NCBI RefSeq assembly: GCF_012927415.1 | Contig: NZ_JABBPF010000015.1 | Span: 20,213-84,212 of the forward strand | Direction: 5' to 3' | Length of the DNA stretch: 64,000 bases | From: Polaromonas sp. | Lineage (GTDB): Bacteria > Pseudomonadota > Gammaproteobacteria > Burkholderiales > Burkholderiaceae_C | Shown here: positions 26,928 through 36,270 of the stretch, one piece after another | Layout: each line of letters begins with the position of its first letter | Numbering within the stretch: position 1 is the stretch's first letter | The notes under the pieces: model-generated | Seen by the model: only the letters and a program-made list of their open reading frames with translations | Database searches by the model: none | What the model was told of the DNA's origin: nothing | Program-made: the position numbers and the translations under genes

Positions 26928-27896
26928 ATGATGGACTGGTTGGCCAATACTTTTTCACGGGTGCAGGCGTGGCTGTTTGAAGGGCTGGTAGAGCCCGTCA
27001 TGTTTGTTCTGGGCATCGGCAACTTCCTGGAGGACGCGTATGCGGCCACCGCCTGGTTTCTGGTGGGCATGATTCAGATCATCGTTCTGTTGGCCGTGGT
27101 AGGCCCCTTGCAGCGTTGGCGGCCAATCGAGGTAATGGATTCGCCGAATGACCGCGCGAGCATACGCGTGGATATTCTTTACACGCTGATTCACCGGCTG
27201 GGGCTGTTCCGTCTTGCCCTGTTCTTCAGCGTGCAACCCTGGTTTGACGAAGCTTTCGGCGCGTTGCGCACCGCTGGCTTTGGCACCTTTCACCTTGACC
27301 AGCTGTGGCCCGGGGTGACTGACAGCGCGTTGGTCAGTTTCGTGATTTACCTGGTGATGTTTGACTTCCTTGCCTACTGGGCGCACCGCGGGCAGCACCA
27401 GCTGGCGTGGTGGTGGCAGCTGCATTCACTGCACCATTCGCAGCGGCAAATGACGATGTGGAGCGACAACCGCAATCACCTGCTTGACAGCATTCTGATC
27501 GATAGCATCATCGTGGTGGTGGCCCAACTCATTGGCGTGCCACCAGGGCAATTCATCGTCATCGTCGCCCTGACCCAGCTCAGCGAGAGCTTCCAGCACG
27601 CCAATGTACGGGTCTGGTTTGGCCGGCTGGGCGAGCGGCTCTGGGTCAGCCCGCGCTTTCACCGGCTGCATCACAGCATTGGCATCGGGCATGAAAGCAA
27701 AGGTCCGGCAACACTGGGGGGCCACAACTTTGGCGTACTGCTGCCGTGCTGGGATATTCTTTTTGGCACGGCCAATTTCGAACAGCGCTATGACGCCACC
27801 GGCATACGCGATCAGATCGAAAACAAGCGCGATTACGGCCGTGGTTTCTGGTCCCAGCAGTGGCTGGGGATGAAGCGACTGTTTGGACGTGCATGA
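26928..27896 (+). CDS. fatty acid hydroxylase/sterol desaturase superfamily membrane protein
   Basis: His boxes HRGQH, HSLHH, HRLHH. Multiple TM segments. Confidence 0.85.
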   Translation: MMDWLANTFSRVQAWLFEGLVEPVMFVLGIGNFLEDAYAATAWFLVGMIQIIVLLAVVGPLQRWRPIEVMDSPNDRASIRVDILYTLIHRLGLFRLALFFSVQPWFDEAFGALRTAGFGTFHLDQLWPGVTDSALVSFVIYLVMFDFLAYWAHRGQHQLAWWWQLHSLHHSQRQMTMWSDNRNHLLDSILIDSIIVVVAQLIGVPPGQFIVIVALTQLSESFQHANVRVWFGRLGERLWVSPRFHRLHHSIGIGHESKGPATLGGHNFGVLLPCWDILFGTANFEQRYDATGIRDQIENKRDYGRGFWSQQWLGMKRLFGRA

Positions 27897-28025
27897 AATT
27901 TGGCTCCATGGCTCTTCAATTCGGGTCACTCCCTGGGCCCAGGGACCATTTTTTTCCCGGGAGCGGACCGGCGGGAAAATGCCTTGTCCAGCAGTCGGCC
28001 GGACATTGGCGTTATCCTTGTTCCT

Positions 28026-28952
28026 ATGAGTAAGCTTCTCGATTCTTTCTGGAGGGCTGTGATGTACTGCTTGCACCCACGCGTCATTGCGCTGTCGGTG
28101 CTGCCGGTCGTCATCATGGGCGTCCTGTTCCTCGGCCTCGGCTATTTCTTTTGGGAAAGCGCGCTTGGGGCGGTGCGCAGTAACCTTGAAAGCTACGAGC
28201 TGGTCAACACCATGATCCGCTGGCTGGAGGGCTTGGGGTTGAGCAATCTCCATCTGGTACTGGCGCCCGCGCTGCTGCTGTTTCTGGCGATTCCCGTGAT
28301 CGTCATCACCACGCTGCTCTTTGTGGCGATGTTCATGACACCCGCTATGGTGGCGTTGGTGGCCGATCGGCGCTTTCCGCAACTGGAGCGCAAAAAAGGC
28401 GGTTCCTTTCTAACCAGCGTGGCTTGGTCGCTCGGCTCGACTGTGCTGGCCGCCATTGCATTACTGGTGTCGATTCCTCTGTGGCTGATACCGCCACTGA
28501 TCTTGCTTCTGCCGCCGCTGATCTGGGGCTGGCTGACCTACCGGGTCATGTCCTACGATGCCATGGTGGAGCACGCCAGCAGCGATGAACGGCGCCAGAT
28601 TTTCAGGGAGAACAGGCTTCCTTTGCTGAGTATCGGCGTCTTGAGCGGTTATCTCGGGGCCGCGCCCAGTCTGCTGTGGGCATCAGGCGCCATGTTTGTT
28701 GCCATGGCGCCTCTTCTGGTGCCCATTGCAATCTGGATTTACACTTTGGTGTTTGCCTTTTCATCGCTCTGGTTTGCCCATTACACTTTGGCGGCACTGG
28801 AGCAGCTTCGCAAAAAAAATAGCGCTGACGTCCAGTATTTATCGGCACATGTTGCTACAAAATTAATAGTAAGCCCACCGGTTTCCGAATCCTTGCCCGA
28901 GCCGTTGCGCCGCATTGGCTCGCTGGGCGGACGCTCCGGCTCACCGTCCTGA
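28026..28952 (+). CDS. multi-pass membrane protein, EI24/CysZ-like
   Basis: Start at ATG 28026 (MSKLLDSFW…). Several TM helices. Family assignment from memory. Confidence 0.5.
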   Translation: MSKLLDSFWRAVMYCLHPRVIALSVLPVVIMGVLFLGLGYFFWESALGAVRSNLESYELVNTMIRWLEGLGLSNLHLVLAPALLLFLAIPVIVITTLLFVAMFMTPAMVALVADRRFPQLERKKGGSFLTSVAWSLGSTVLAAIALLVSIPLWLIPPLILLLPPLIWGWLTYRVMSYDAMVEHASSDERRQIFRENRLPLLSIGVLSGYLGAAPSLLWASGAMFVAMAPLLVPIAIWIYTLVFAFSSLWFAHYTLAALEQLRKKNSADVQYLSAHVATKLIVSPPVSESLPEPLRRIGSLGGRSGSPS

Positions 28953-28969
28953 ATCAACACCTTCCCGAC

Positions 28970-29794
28970 ATGACCACACACTTCGGACTCGTCATCATCG
29001 GCGACGAAATTCTCTCTGGCAAACGGGTCGACAAACACCTGCCCAAAACCATAGAACTGCTGGCTGAACGTGGTTTGCAACTAACCTATGCCGAGTACGT
29101 GGGTGACGATCCGGGACGCATTACCGCCACGCTGGCACGTGTTTTTGCCGCTGCGCGCGAATCGGGCGATGTCGTGTTCTCCACGGGCGGCATTGGTGCC
29201 ACGCCGGACGACCACACCCGGCAGTGCGCGGCCCGAGCCCAGGGGCTTGAGCTGGCGCTGCATCCCGAGGCCAAATTGCTTATAGAAGACCGCATGCGCG
29301 ATACCGCCAAGGAGCAGGGTGTTGCCTTTGAGCCTGACCGCCATGACAACATCCATCGTCTGAACATGGGGGTATTTCCAGTCGGTGCCGCGATTATTCC
29401 TAATCCGTACAACAAGATTCCGGGCTTCAGCTGCCAAGCGGGGAAGGGCGCGGTACATTTCTTGCCCGGTTTTCCCGTGATGGCCTGGCCGATGATGGAG
29501 TGGGTGCTGGATCAGCGTTATGCTTTCCTGCACCAAAAGTCAGCTTACCTTGAAAAATCGGTGATCGTACCCGGTGCGATGGAAGCCACATTGACGCCGC
29601 TCATGCTTGCGATTGAAGCTGCTCATGCGGGCGTGAAAGTCTTCAGCCTGCCCAGTGTGGACCACCCCGAATTCGGCCGCCATATTGAACTTGGAGTTAA
29701 AGGCACACCCGAAGCGGTCAACCCCGCCTATGTTGAATTGTTGTCAGGATTGAAGGGGCTCAAGCTGAAGCTTGGCCCTGAATTGGTGCGCTGA
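28970..29794 (+). CDS. CinA-N-terminal-like molybdopterin-binding (MoCF_biosynth) domain protein
   Basis: FGLVIIGDEILSGKRVDKH… and STGGIGATPDDHT. Confidence 0.65.
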   Translation: MTTHFGLVIIGDEILSGKRVDKHLPKTIELLAERGLQLTYAEYVGDDPGRITATLARVFAAARESGDVVFSTGGIGATPDDHTRQCAARAQGLELALHPEAKLLIEDRMRDTAKEQGVAFEPDRHDNIHRLNMGVFPVGAAIIPNPYNKIPGFSCQAGKGAVHFLPGFPVMAWPMMEWVLDQRYAFLHQKSAYLEKSVIVPGAMEATLTPLMLAIEAAHAGVKVFSLPSVDHPEFGRHIELGVKGTPEAVNPAYVELLSGLKGLKLKLGPELVR

Positions 29795-29799
29795 TCAAA

Positions 29800-29842
29800 C
29801 GCACTTTACGGGTGCGCGGCCATGTTGCACGTTTGTGGTGCG
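29800..29842 (+). promoter_or_regulatory. two NtrC-type enhancer sites (GCAC-N7-GTGC)
   Basis: CGCACTTTACGGGTGCG (29800-29816) and TGCACGTTTGTGGTGCG (29826-29842), ~120-160 bp upstream of the sigma-54 promoter. Confidence 0.55.
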
Positions 29843-29957
29843 TCAATTTTCGGCTATTTCGAAATTTAGCATCAGCAAAAAGTCGGAGAGCGATCGGCCA
29901 GCGACACAATCACGGCACAATCAGGGGCTTGGTCAAAAACTGAATAGCGCCTGTCTT

Positions 29958-29973
29958 TGGCACAGAAAGTGCA
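29958..29973 (+). promoter_or_regulatory. sigma-54 (-24/-12) promoter of glnA
   Basis: TGGCAC-agaaa-GTGCA against the consensus TGGCAC-N5-TTGCA, 55 nt upstream of the glnA ATG. Confidence 0.7.
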
Positions 29974-30028
29974 TTCATCAAGCCTGAATAGAGATTTTTC
30001 AACCACCCACCCAGCACAGGAGATTCTG

Positions 30029-31444
30029 ATGGCAAAGACCGTCGCAGACGTCATGACAATGGTCAAGGAAAACGAAGTCAAGTTTGTTGACTTCCGCTTC
30101 ACGGACACCCGGGGTAAAGAGCAGCACGTGACCGTGCCTGTGTCTCATTTCACTGAAGACAAGTTCGCCTCGGGCCATGCGTTCGATGGATCATCCATTG
30201 CCGGCTGGAAGGGCATCGAGGCCTCGGACATGCAGTTGATGCCTGACCCCAACACGGCCAACATCGACCCTTTCTTTGAAGAAACGACGTTGCTCCTGAG
30301 CTGCGACGTGGTCGAGCCCAGCGACGGCAAGGCCTATGATCGTGATCCACGCTCCATCGCCAAGCGCGCTGAAGCCTACCTCAAGGCGTCCGGCCTGGGC
30401 GACACCGCCTACTTCGGACCAGAACCAGAGTTCTTCATTTTTGACGACGTGCGCTGGAATACCGACATGTCGGGCACCTTCTTCAAGATTGACGAGTACG
30501 AAGCGCCCTGGAATTCCGGCACCAAGCTCGAAGGTGGCAACCGCGGCCATCGTCCGACCGTCAAGGGTGGCTATTTCCCCGTTCCACCAGTGGACAGCAC
30601 GCAGGACATGCGCGCCGAGATGTCGCTGATTCTCGAGTCCCTGGGTATTCCAGTCGAAGTATTCCACCATGAAGTTGCTGGCCCGGGCCAGAACGAGATT
30701 GGCACCAAATTCAGCACGCTGGTCGAGCGCGCCGACTGGACCCAGCTCATGAAGTACGTGGTGCATAACGTGGCCAATGCCTACGGCAAGACCGCCACCT
30801 TCATGCCCAAGCCAATCGTCGGCGACAACGGCTCCGGCATGCATGTGCACCAGTCGATCTGGAAAGACGGCAAAAACCTATTTGCCGGCGATGGCTATGC
30901 CGGTTTGTCGGACTTCGCGCTTTATTACGTCGGTGGCATCATCAAGCACGCGCGAGCGCTGAACGCCATCACCAACCCGGGAACCAACAGCTACAAGCGT
31001 CTGGTTCCTGGTTACGAAGCGCCTGTCAAGCTGGCATATTCGGCCAAAAACCGCTCGGCTTCCATTCGTATTCCGTATGTGGCCAACCCCAAGGGTCGCC
31101 GCATTGAAGCGCGTTTCCCTGATCCACTGATGAATCCCTACCTCGGCTTTGCGGCCCTGATGATGGCCGGTCTGGATGGCGTGGAAAACAAGATCCATCC
31201 AGGCGAAGCCGCCACCAAGGACCTCTACCACCTGCCGCCCGAGGAAAATGCGCTGATTCCAACCGTCTGCCACAGCCTGGACCAGGCGCTGGATTGCCTC
31301 AATGAGGACCGTGGCTTCCTGACCAAGGGCGGCGTTTTCACCGACAGCATGCTCGACGCTTACATCGAGCTCAAAATGGGTGAAGTGACGCGTTTGCGCC
31401 AGGCGACGCACCCGATCGAGTTCGAGATGTATTACTCCCTGTAA
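30029..31444 (+). CDS. glnA: glutamine synthetase type I
   Basis: Full-length GSI-like sequence (…[16 protein letters not shown]…, …GSGMHVHQS…, …[13 protein letters not shown]…). AGGAG RBS. Confidence 0.95.
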   Translation: MAKTVADVMTMVKENEVKFVDFRFTDTRGKEQHVTVPVSHFTEDKFASGHAFDGSSIAGWKGIEASDMQLMPDPNTANIDPFFEETTLLLSCDVVEPSDGKAYDRDPRSIAKRAEAYLKASGLGDTAYFGPEPEFFIFDDVRWNTDMSGTFFKIDEYEAPWNSGTKLEGGNRGHRPTVKGGYFPVPPVDSTQDMRAEMSLILESLGIPVEVFHHEVAGPGQNEIGTKFSTLVERADWTQLMKYVVHNVANAYGKTATFMPKPIVGDNGSGMHVHQSIWKDGKNLFAGDGYAGLSDFALYYVGGIIKHARALNAITNPGTNSYKRLVPGYEAPVKLAYSAKNRSASIRIPYVANPKGRRIEARFPDPLMNPYLGFAALMMAGLDGVENKIHPGEAATKDLYHLPPEENALIPTVCHSLDQALDCLNEDRGFLTKGGVFTDSMLDAYIELKMGEVTRLRQATHPIEFEMYYSL

Positions 31445-31496
31445 AAGTTGATTTTCGTTTCCCGGCTGATCATTTTTTGAATTGGCCGGCTGTAAG

Positions 31497-31524
31497 AAAG
31501 GACGGCGCCGGCCGTCCTTTTTTT
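31497..31524 (+). terminator. rho-independent terminator after glnA
   Basis: aaaggacggc-gccg-gccgtccttt followed by TTTT. Confidence 0.8.
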
Positions 31525-31641
31525 ATGGGAAACAAAGTTATGGCCGCGCCGATTTTGTATTTTTGCCGCTTTGCCGCATACTCGAGCACCACCCCGACCC
31601 CGATAAGGCACTGAAGGCAGCCTACAGGCTGGCAGTTGACT

Positions 31642-32154
31642 ATGAAACACCGTTTATTCTTATCCCTTACTTCCCTGTTGCTGGCTTGTGCCGGTGGTGC
31701 GGCTTCGGCGCAACAGATTTACCGTTGTGCCGGCGTGGCTGGTGGAGCGCCTGAATACATCAACAACGCCAAGGACGCCCAGAGTCGCAATTGCAAGCTG
31801 GTTTCTGGCGGCAACGTTACGGTGGTGCAAGGCTCGCCCGTGGCAAAAGTGCCGCCGCGCGTGGCGCCAAATGCTGGTTCAAGCAGCCCTCGCACCGAAA
31901 GTGGTCCGGAACAACGTGTGCGCGACAGCGACTCGCGCAGCATCCTTGAATCGGAGCTGAAAAAGGTCGAAGCCAAACTTGCCGATCAGCAAAAAGAGTA
32001 CAACAACGGAGAGCCTGAAAAACAGGGCATAGAGGGGCGCAATTACCAGCGTTACCTTGACCGTGTGGCTGATCTCAAAGACAGCATCGCGCGCAACCAA
32101 AGCGATATAGCAGGTCTTAAACGCGAAATTTCCCGGCTGCCCACCGCAAATTGA
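31642..32154 (+). CDS. secreted DUF4124-like protein
   Basis: Signal peptide, then QQIYRCAG…EYINN. C-terminal charged coiled segment. Confidence 0.55.
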   Translation: MKHRLFLSLTSLLLACAGGAASAQQIYRCAGVAGGAPEYINNAKDAQSRNCKLVSGGNVTVVQGSPVAKVPPRVAPNAGSSSPRTESGPEQRVRDSDSRSILESELKKVEAKLADQQKEYNNGEPEKQGIEGRNYQRYLDRVADLKDSIARNQSDIAGLKREISRLPTAN

Positions 32155-32191
32155 GCGCGGCTTCCAACCCGTCTACGCCAGAATACAGGCG

Positions 32192-33289
32192 TTGAACAAG
32201 GCTCACATTCCTACAGCTTCATCAGCTCCTCCGAAAACCGGTTCCCTGCGTTTTCAGGCCTTTGACCTGCTGGCCACGCTGGTGGCAGTGGTTCAGACGG
32301 ATGGTTGCGTGGTGTTTGCCAATGCAGCGCTGGAAGACGCGCTGGGGACTTCGCGACGCACCATCGAAGGCTCGCAGCTACCCGACTGTTTTACCGAACC
32401 CCTGATCCTCAAACACGCCTTGGAGGGGGCTGGCAGCAATGAATTTGCCGCCTTGCGTTATGACGCCTGGCTCAGACGCCTGAACCACGAGCCCTTGCCG
32501 GTGCATGTGGTGGTGGCGCAAACCGATACGCCGGGCGAGGCGATTGTGGAGCTGTTGCCACTGGAGCAGCAGGCCAAGCAGGATCGTGAAGAGCGCCTGA
32601 TGGATCAGGCCCAGGCCAACAAGGAGTTGATTCGCAACCTGGCGCATGAAATCAAGAACCCGTTGGGCGGCATCCGTGGCGCGGCGCAGTTGCTGCAGAT
32701 GGACATCAGCAAGGATCTGACCGAATATACCCAAGTTATTATCCATGAGGCGGACCGCCTGCAGACCCTGGTTGATCGCCTGCTTGCGCCGCACCGTCGC
32801 CCCCATCTTGTGGGCGATGTGAATATCCACGAGGTGTGCGAGCGGGTGCGTTCGCTGATTCTGGCGGAGTTCCCCAAGGGACTTCGGGTCACGCGGGACT
32901 ACGACACCTCGATTCCCGAATTCCGGGGTGACCGGGAACAGCTGATTCAGGCCGTGCTCAACATTGCCCACAACGCTGCCCAGGTACTGGCCGAGCGCAC
33001 TGCGGCGGGCGATGCGCAGATTACTTTCAGGACGCGGATCGCACGCCAGGTCACTTTTGGCAAGCAGCGCTATCGCCTGGCACTGGAATTGCATGTGATT
33101 GACAATGGACCGGGCGTGCCGGACTCCATCAAAGACCGAATTTTCTATCCCCTGGTGTCAGGGCGTGACGGCGGTTCGGGGTTGGGCCTGACATTGGCGC
33201 AAACTTTTGTCCAGCAACACCACGGTTTGATTGAGTGCGACAGCGTCCCTGGCCGCACAGATTTCAAGTTGCTGATTCCTCTGCCCTGA
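32192..33289 (+). CDS. ntrB: nitrogen regulation sensor histidine kinase NtrB
   Basis: H-box NLAHEIKNPLGGIRGAAQLL. N/G boxes. Located upstream of ntrC. TTG start. Confidence 0.9.
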   Translation: MNKAHIPTASSAPPKTGSLRFQAFDLLATLVAVVQTDGCVVFANAALEDALGTSRRTIEGSQLPDCFTEPLILKHALEGAGSNEFAALRYDAWLRRLNHEPLPVHVVVAQTDTPGEAIVELLPLEQQAKQDREERLMDQAQANKELIRNLAHEIKNPLGGIRGAAQLLQMDISKDLTEYTQVIIHEADRLQTLVDRLLAPHRRPHLVGDVNIHEVCERVRSLILAEFPKGLRVTRDYDTSIPEFRGDREQLIQAVLNIAHNAAQVLAERTAAGDAQITFRTRIARQVTFGKQRYRLALELHVIDNGPGVPDSIKDRIFYPLVSGRDGGSGLGLTLAQTFVQQHHGLIECDSVPGRTDFKLLIPLP

Positions 33290-33336
33290 AATCTGTCCTT
33301 TTTTTCAGTTAAACGTTAGTACTAAAGGACAAGAAC

Positions 33337-34860
33337 ATGAAGCCGATCTGGATTGTTGACGATGACCAGTCCATCAGGTTTGTTCTGGAAAAGGCCTTGC
33401 TCCGCGAGAACCTGCCGACGCGCAGTTTCACCAACCCGCGTGAAGTGCTGGCCGCGCTCGAAAGTGCCACCGAAGAAGACGGGCCGCAAATTCTCGTCAG
33501 CGACATCCGTATGCCTGGCGGCTCCGGCCTGGACCTGCTCGAAAAAGTCAAGTTGAAGTTGCCCGGCCTGCCGGTGATCATCATGACCGCGTTCTCCGAC
33601 CTTGACAGCGCCGTGTCGGCCTTTCAAGGCGGCGCCTTCGAATACCTGCCCAAGCCGTTTGACCTGCCCAGGGCGGTCGAGCTCATTCGCCGCGCTGTCG
33701 AAGAAAGCCAGCGCGAGGAGGTAGCCGAAGAGCGCATGGCCGCAGCGCCTGAAATGCTGGGCCAGGCACCAGCGATGCAGGACGTTTTTCGCGCCATAGG
33801 CCGCCTTAGCCAGAGTATGGTGACGGTGATGATCACCGGCGAATCAGGCTCGGGCAAGGAACTGGTGGCGCGCGCACTGCACAAACATTCACCACGCGCT
33901 AACGGGCCGTTCATTGCCATCAATACGGCAGCCATCCCGAAAGATCTTCTGGAAAGCGAGTTGTTCGGCCACGAGCGCGGTGCCTTCACTGGCGCGCAGA
34001 CACTGCGGCGCGGTCGTTTTGAGCAGGCCGATGGCGGAACTCTTTTTCTCGATGAAATCGGTGACATGCCGTTTGACCTTCAGACCCGGCTGCTCAGGGT
34101 ACTCAGCGACGGCCACTTTTATCGCGTGGGCGGTCACAACTCGGTCAAGGCCAACGTGCGCGTGATAGCAGCCACCCACCAGGACCTGGAGCAGCGCGTC
34201 AAGGAAGGCAGCTTTCGGGAAGACCTGTTTCACCGCCTCAACGTGATTCGCCTGCGCCTGCCGGCCCTGCGCGAGCGGCGCGAGGATGTTTTTATGCTGA
34301 CGCGGCATTTTTTGCAGCAAAGTGCCAGCCAGTTGGGCGTGGAGCCCAAACGTATTTCAGACGCCGCCTTGCAGCGGCTGAGTCATTTCGCGTTTCCCGG
34401 CAATGTGCGTCAGCTTGAAAATATCTGTCACTGGCTGACTGTAATGGCACCCGCCCAGGTGATTGAGCCCAAAGACCTGCCGCCTGAAGTGTTGAGCGCT
34501 GCGCCTCTGGACAGTCAGACCCCAGCGCGGTTCGAAGCAACGGAGATTGCCAAGCCCGAAGCCGCAAGGACAGCAGAACAGCTGCCGTCTGCGCACATGC
34601 CCGAGGCGCCTGCCGGCCTGGACCGCGGTGTTGGCGGGCAAACCCTGGCCGTGTGGGAGATTGGGCTGGAAGCCGAGGCTCTAGCTTTGCTAGCCTCTGG
34701 GCGCAGCGATGTATGGGATGTGCTGACGCGGCGCTTTGAATCCCGGCTGATCCAGACCGCACTGGCCAATACGCACGGCCGCCGCATTGAGGCGGCACAC
34801 AAGCTTGGGATTGGGCGCAACACCATCACGCGCAAGATCCAGGAGTTAAATCTTGAATGA
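33337..34860 (+). CDS. ntrC: sigma-54-dependent response regulator NtrC
   Basis: Receiver domain (…VSDIRMPG…), AAA+ domain (GESGSGKE, GAFTGA, DEIGDM), C-terminal Fis-type HTH. Confidence 0.95.
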   Translation: MKPIWIVDDDQSIRFVLEKALLRENLPTRSFTNPREVLAALESATEEDGPQILVSDIRMPGGSGLDLLEKVKLKLPGLPVIIMTAFSDLDSAVSAFQGGAFEYLPKPFDLPRAVELIRRAVEESQREEVAEERMAAAPEMLGQAPAMQDVFRAIGRLSQSMVTVMITGESGSGKELVARALHKHSPRANGPFIAINTAAIPKDLLESELFGHERGAFTGAQTLRRGRFEQADGGTLFLDEIGDMPFDLQTRLLRVLSDGHFYRVGGHNSVKANVRVIAATHQDLEQRVKEGSFREDLFHRLNVIRLRLPALRERREDVFMLTRHFLQQSASQLGVEPKRISDAALQRLSHFAFPGNVRQLENICHWLTVMAPAQVIEPKDLPPEVLSAAPLDSQTPARFEATEIAKPEAARTAEQLPSAHMPEAPAGLDRGVGGQTLAVWEIGLEAEALALLASGRSDVWDVLTRRFESRLIQTALANTHGRRIEAAHKLGIGRNTITRKIQELNLE

Positions 34861-35495
34861 CGCAGGGTTGCAGCACACCTGCGACCGGCCCACTATGCTG
34901 CTATTTGTATAGCAAGAAAGTTCTGTTGGTCAACGGTCTGACCCGATCGTCGGGCCTGTAAACGGGTTCCACCATCACTGCAGTGCGTCATTAAGCCAGC
35001 CCGTTTTTGCGCGGAAGTTCGTCGATAACGCAGCTTTGAAGCCGCTTGGCATGAGTGCTTAGCTGACCCGGCGACGGTCAATCGGCGCCTGAAAGTACAG
35101 CCACTCGTCGGCGCGTCAGCAATGGGCTAGTGCACGCGAGCCATCGAAAAACCACATTGTTTACAGTTGCCGCGACATTGAGGTACGGACGCTGGCCGGC
35201 CGAAGTCTGCCGCATGCCGTGCTGTTGTTCCTTGACCATCTCGAGCAACGCCTGTCCGGCCAGTGCTAGGCGGTGGGGGTCTGGTGCTTTGACGCCACAT
35301 TGTTGCCCGTTCGACTTTGACAAATCATCAACAGGCAGTTGCATATGTCCGCCCGTTCTGGTTTGCTGTTTTGGCAAGGAAACGTTGCAAAATCTCTGGT
35401 TGTGATAAGGCTAAAGTCTTCATATGATGCCTCCAAACCTGACCTTTTTGGCAACTTCGGGGATATCGCTGGCCCCATCCATCAAGGAAATTCAC

Positions 35496-36270
35496 ATGCG
35501 TTTTTTGTTCAATTGCCTCCGCATGCTGGGTTCTGCCTTGCTGGTCGGCGCATCTGCGGTCAGCCAGGCGCAGGCCTGGCCCGAGAGACCGGTACGGCTT
35601 GTGGTGCCTTTTTCCCTTGCCTTACGACTCCATCAAGGATTTCACGCCGATTGCGCATCTGGCCGACGCCGCGAGTGTGCTGCTGGTGACACCGTCGCTG
35701 CCGGTGAAAATGGTGGCTGAGTTGATAGACTATGCCAAAAAACACCCCGGTCAACTTAACTACGCCGGCAGCGGCAACGGAACCATCGTGCATCTGACGA
35801 TCGAAGCCTTCAAGGCCCAGCTGGCGTTTTCATCACCGATGTGCCCTACAAAGGTACGGCACTGGCGATTCCGGACGTGATTGCCGGCTCGGTGCAAGTG
35901 CTGATCGATGCCATTGCGTCGGGTATGCCGCATGTCAAGAGCGGTCGCCTGCGCGCACTGGCCGTCACCGGAGCCAAGCGTTCCGCCCTGGCGCCCGAAC
36001 TGCCGACCGTTGCCGAGACGGTCTTCCAGGTTTCTCTTCAGTGACCTGGTTCGGACTTTATGCACCGCGCGTCATGAAGCCTGAATGGGTGGGGCGTTTG
36101 CACGACGCGTTCGAAAAAGCTGCCCACGGCCCGATATGTTGGAAAGTCTGGGCAAACTCGGCGTGGAACCCGCCCTGCTGGGCTCACCCGCACAGTTTGC
36201 CGCGATAGTGTCTGCCGACAGCCAACGCTGGGCGCGCATCATTCGCGACCGTAAGATAACCCTGAAATGA
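35496..36270 (+). pseudogene. decayed Bug/TctC-family periplasmic binding protein gene (internal deletion + several frameshifts)
   Basis: Bug-like pieces lie in different frames: signal peptide + WPERPVRLVVPFS; YDSIKDFTPIAHLA…GQLNYAGSGNGT; PYKGTALAIPDVIAG…GRLRALAVTGAKRS; and …LGVEPALLGSPAQFAA…. The PGGxxD segment is missing. Confidence 0.8.

Noticed and set aside
27426-28382. 318-aa minus-strand ORF
   Set aside because: Antisense to the fatty-acid-hydroxylase and EI24-like genes. His/Gln/Asp/Arg-rich low-complexity translation typical of shadow ORFs in high-GC DNA.
29785-29804. GTGCG-N9-CGCAC palindrome after the CinA-like gene, considered as a terminator
   Set aside because: No T-run. It overlaps the first NtrC-like site, so it is more likely part of the enhancer region.
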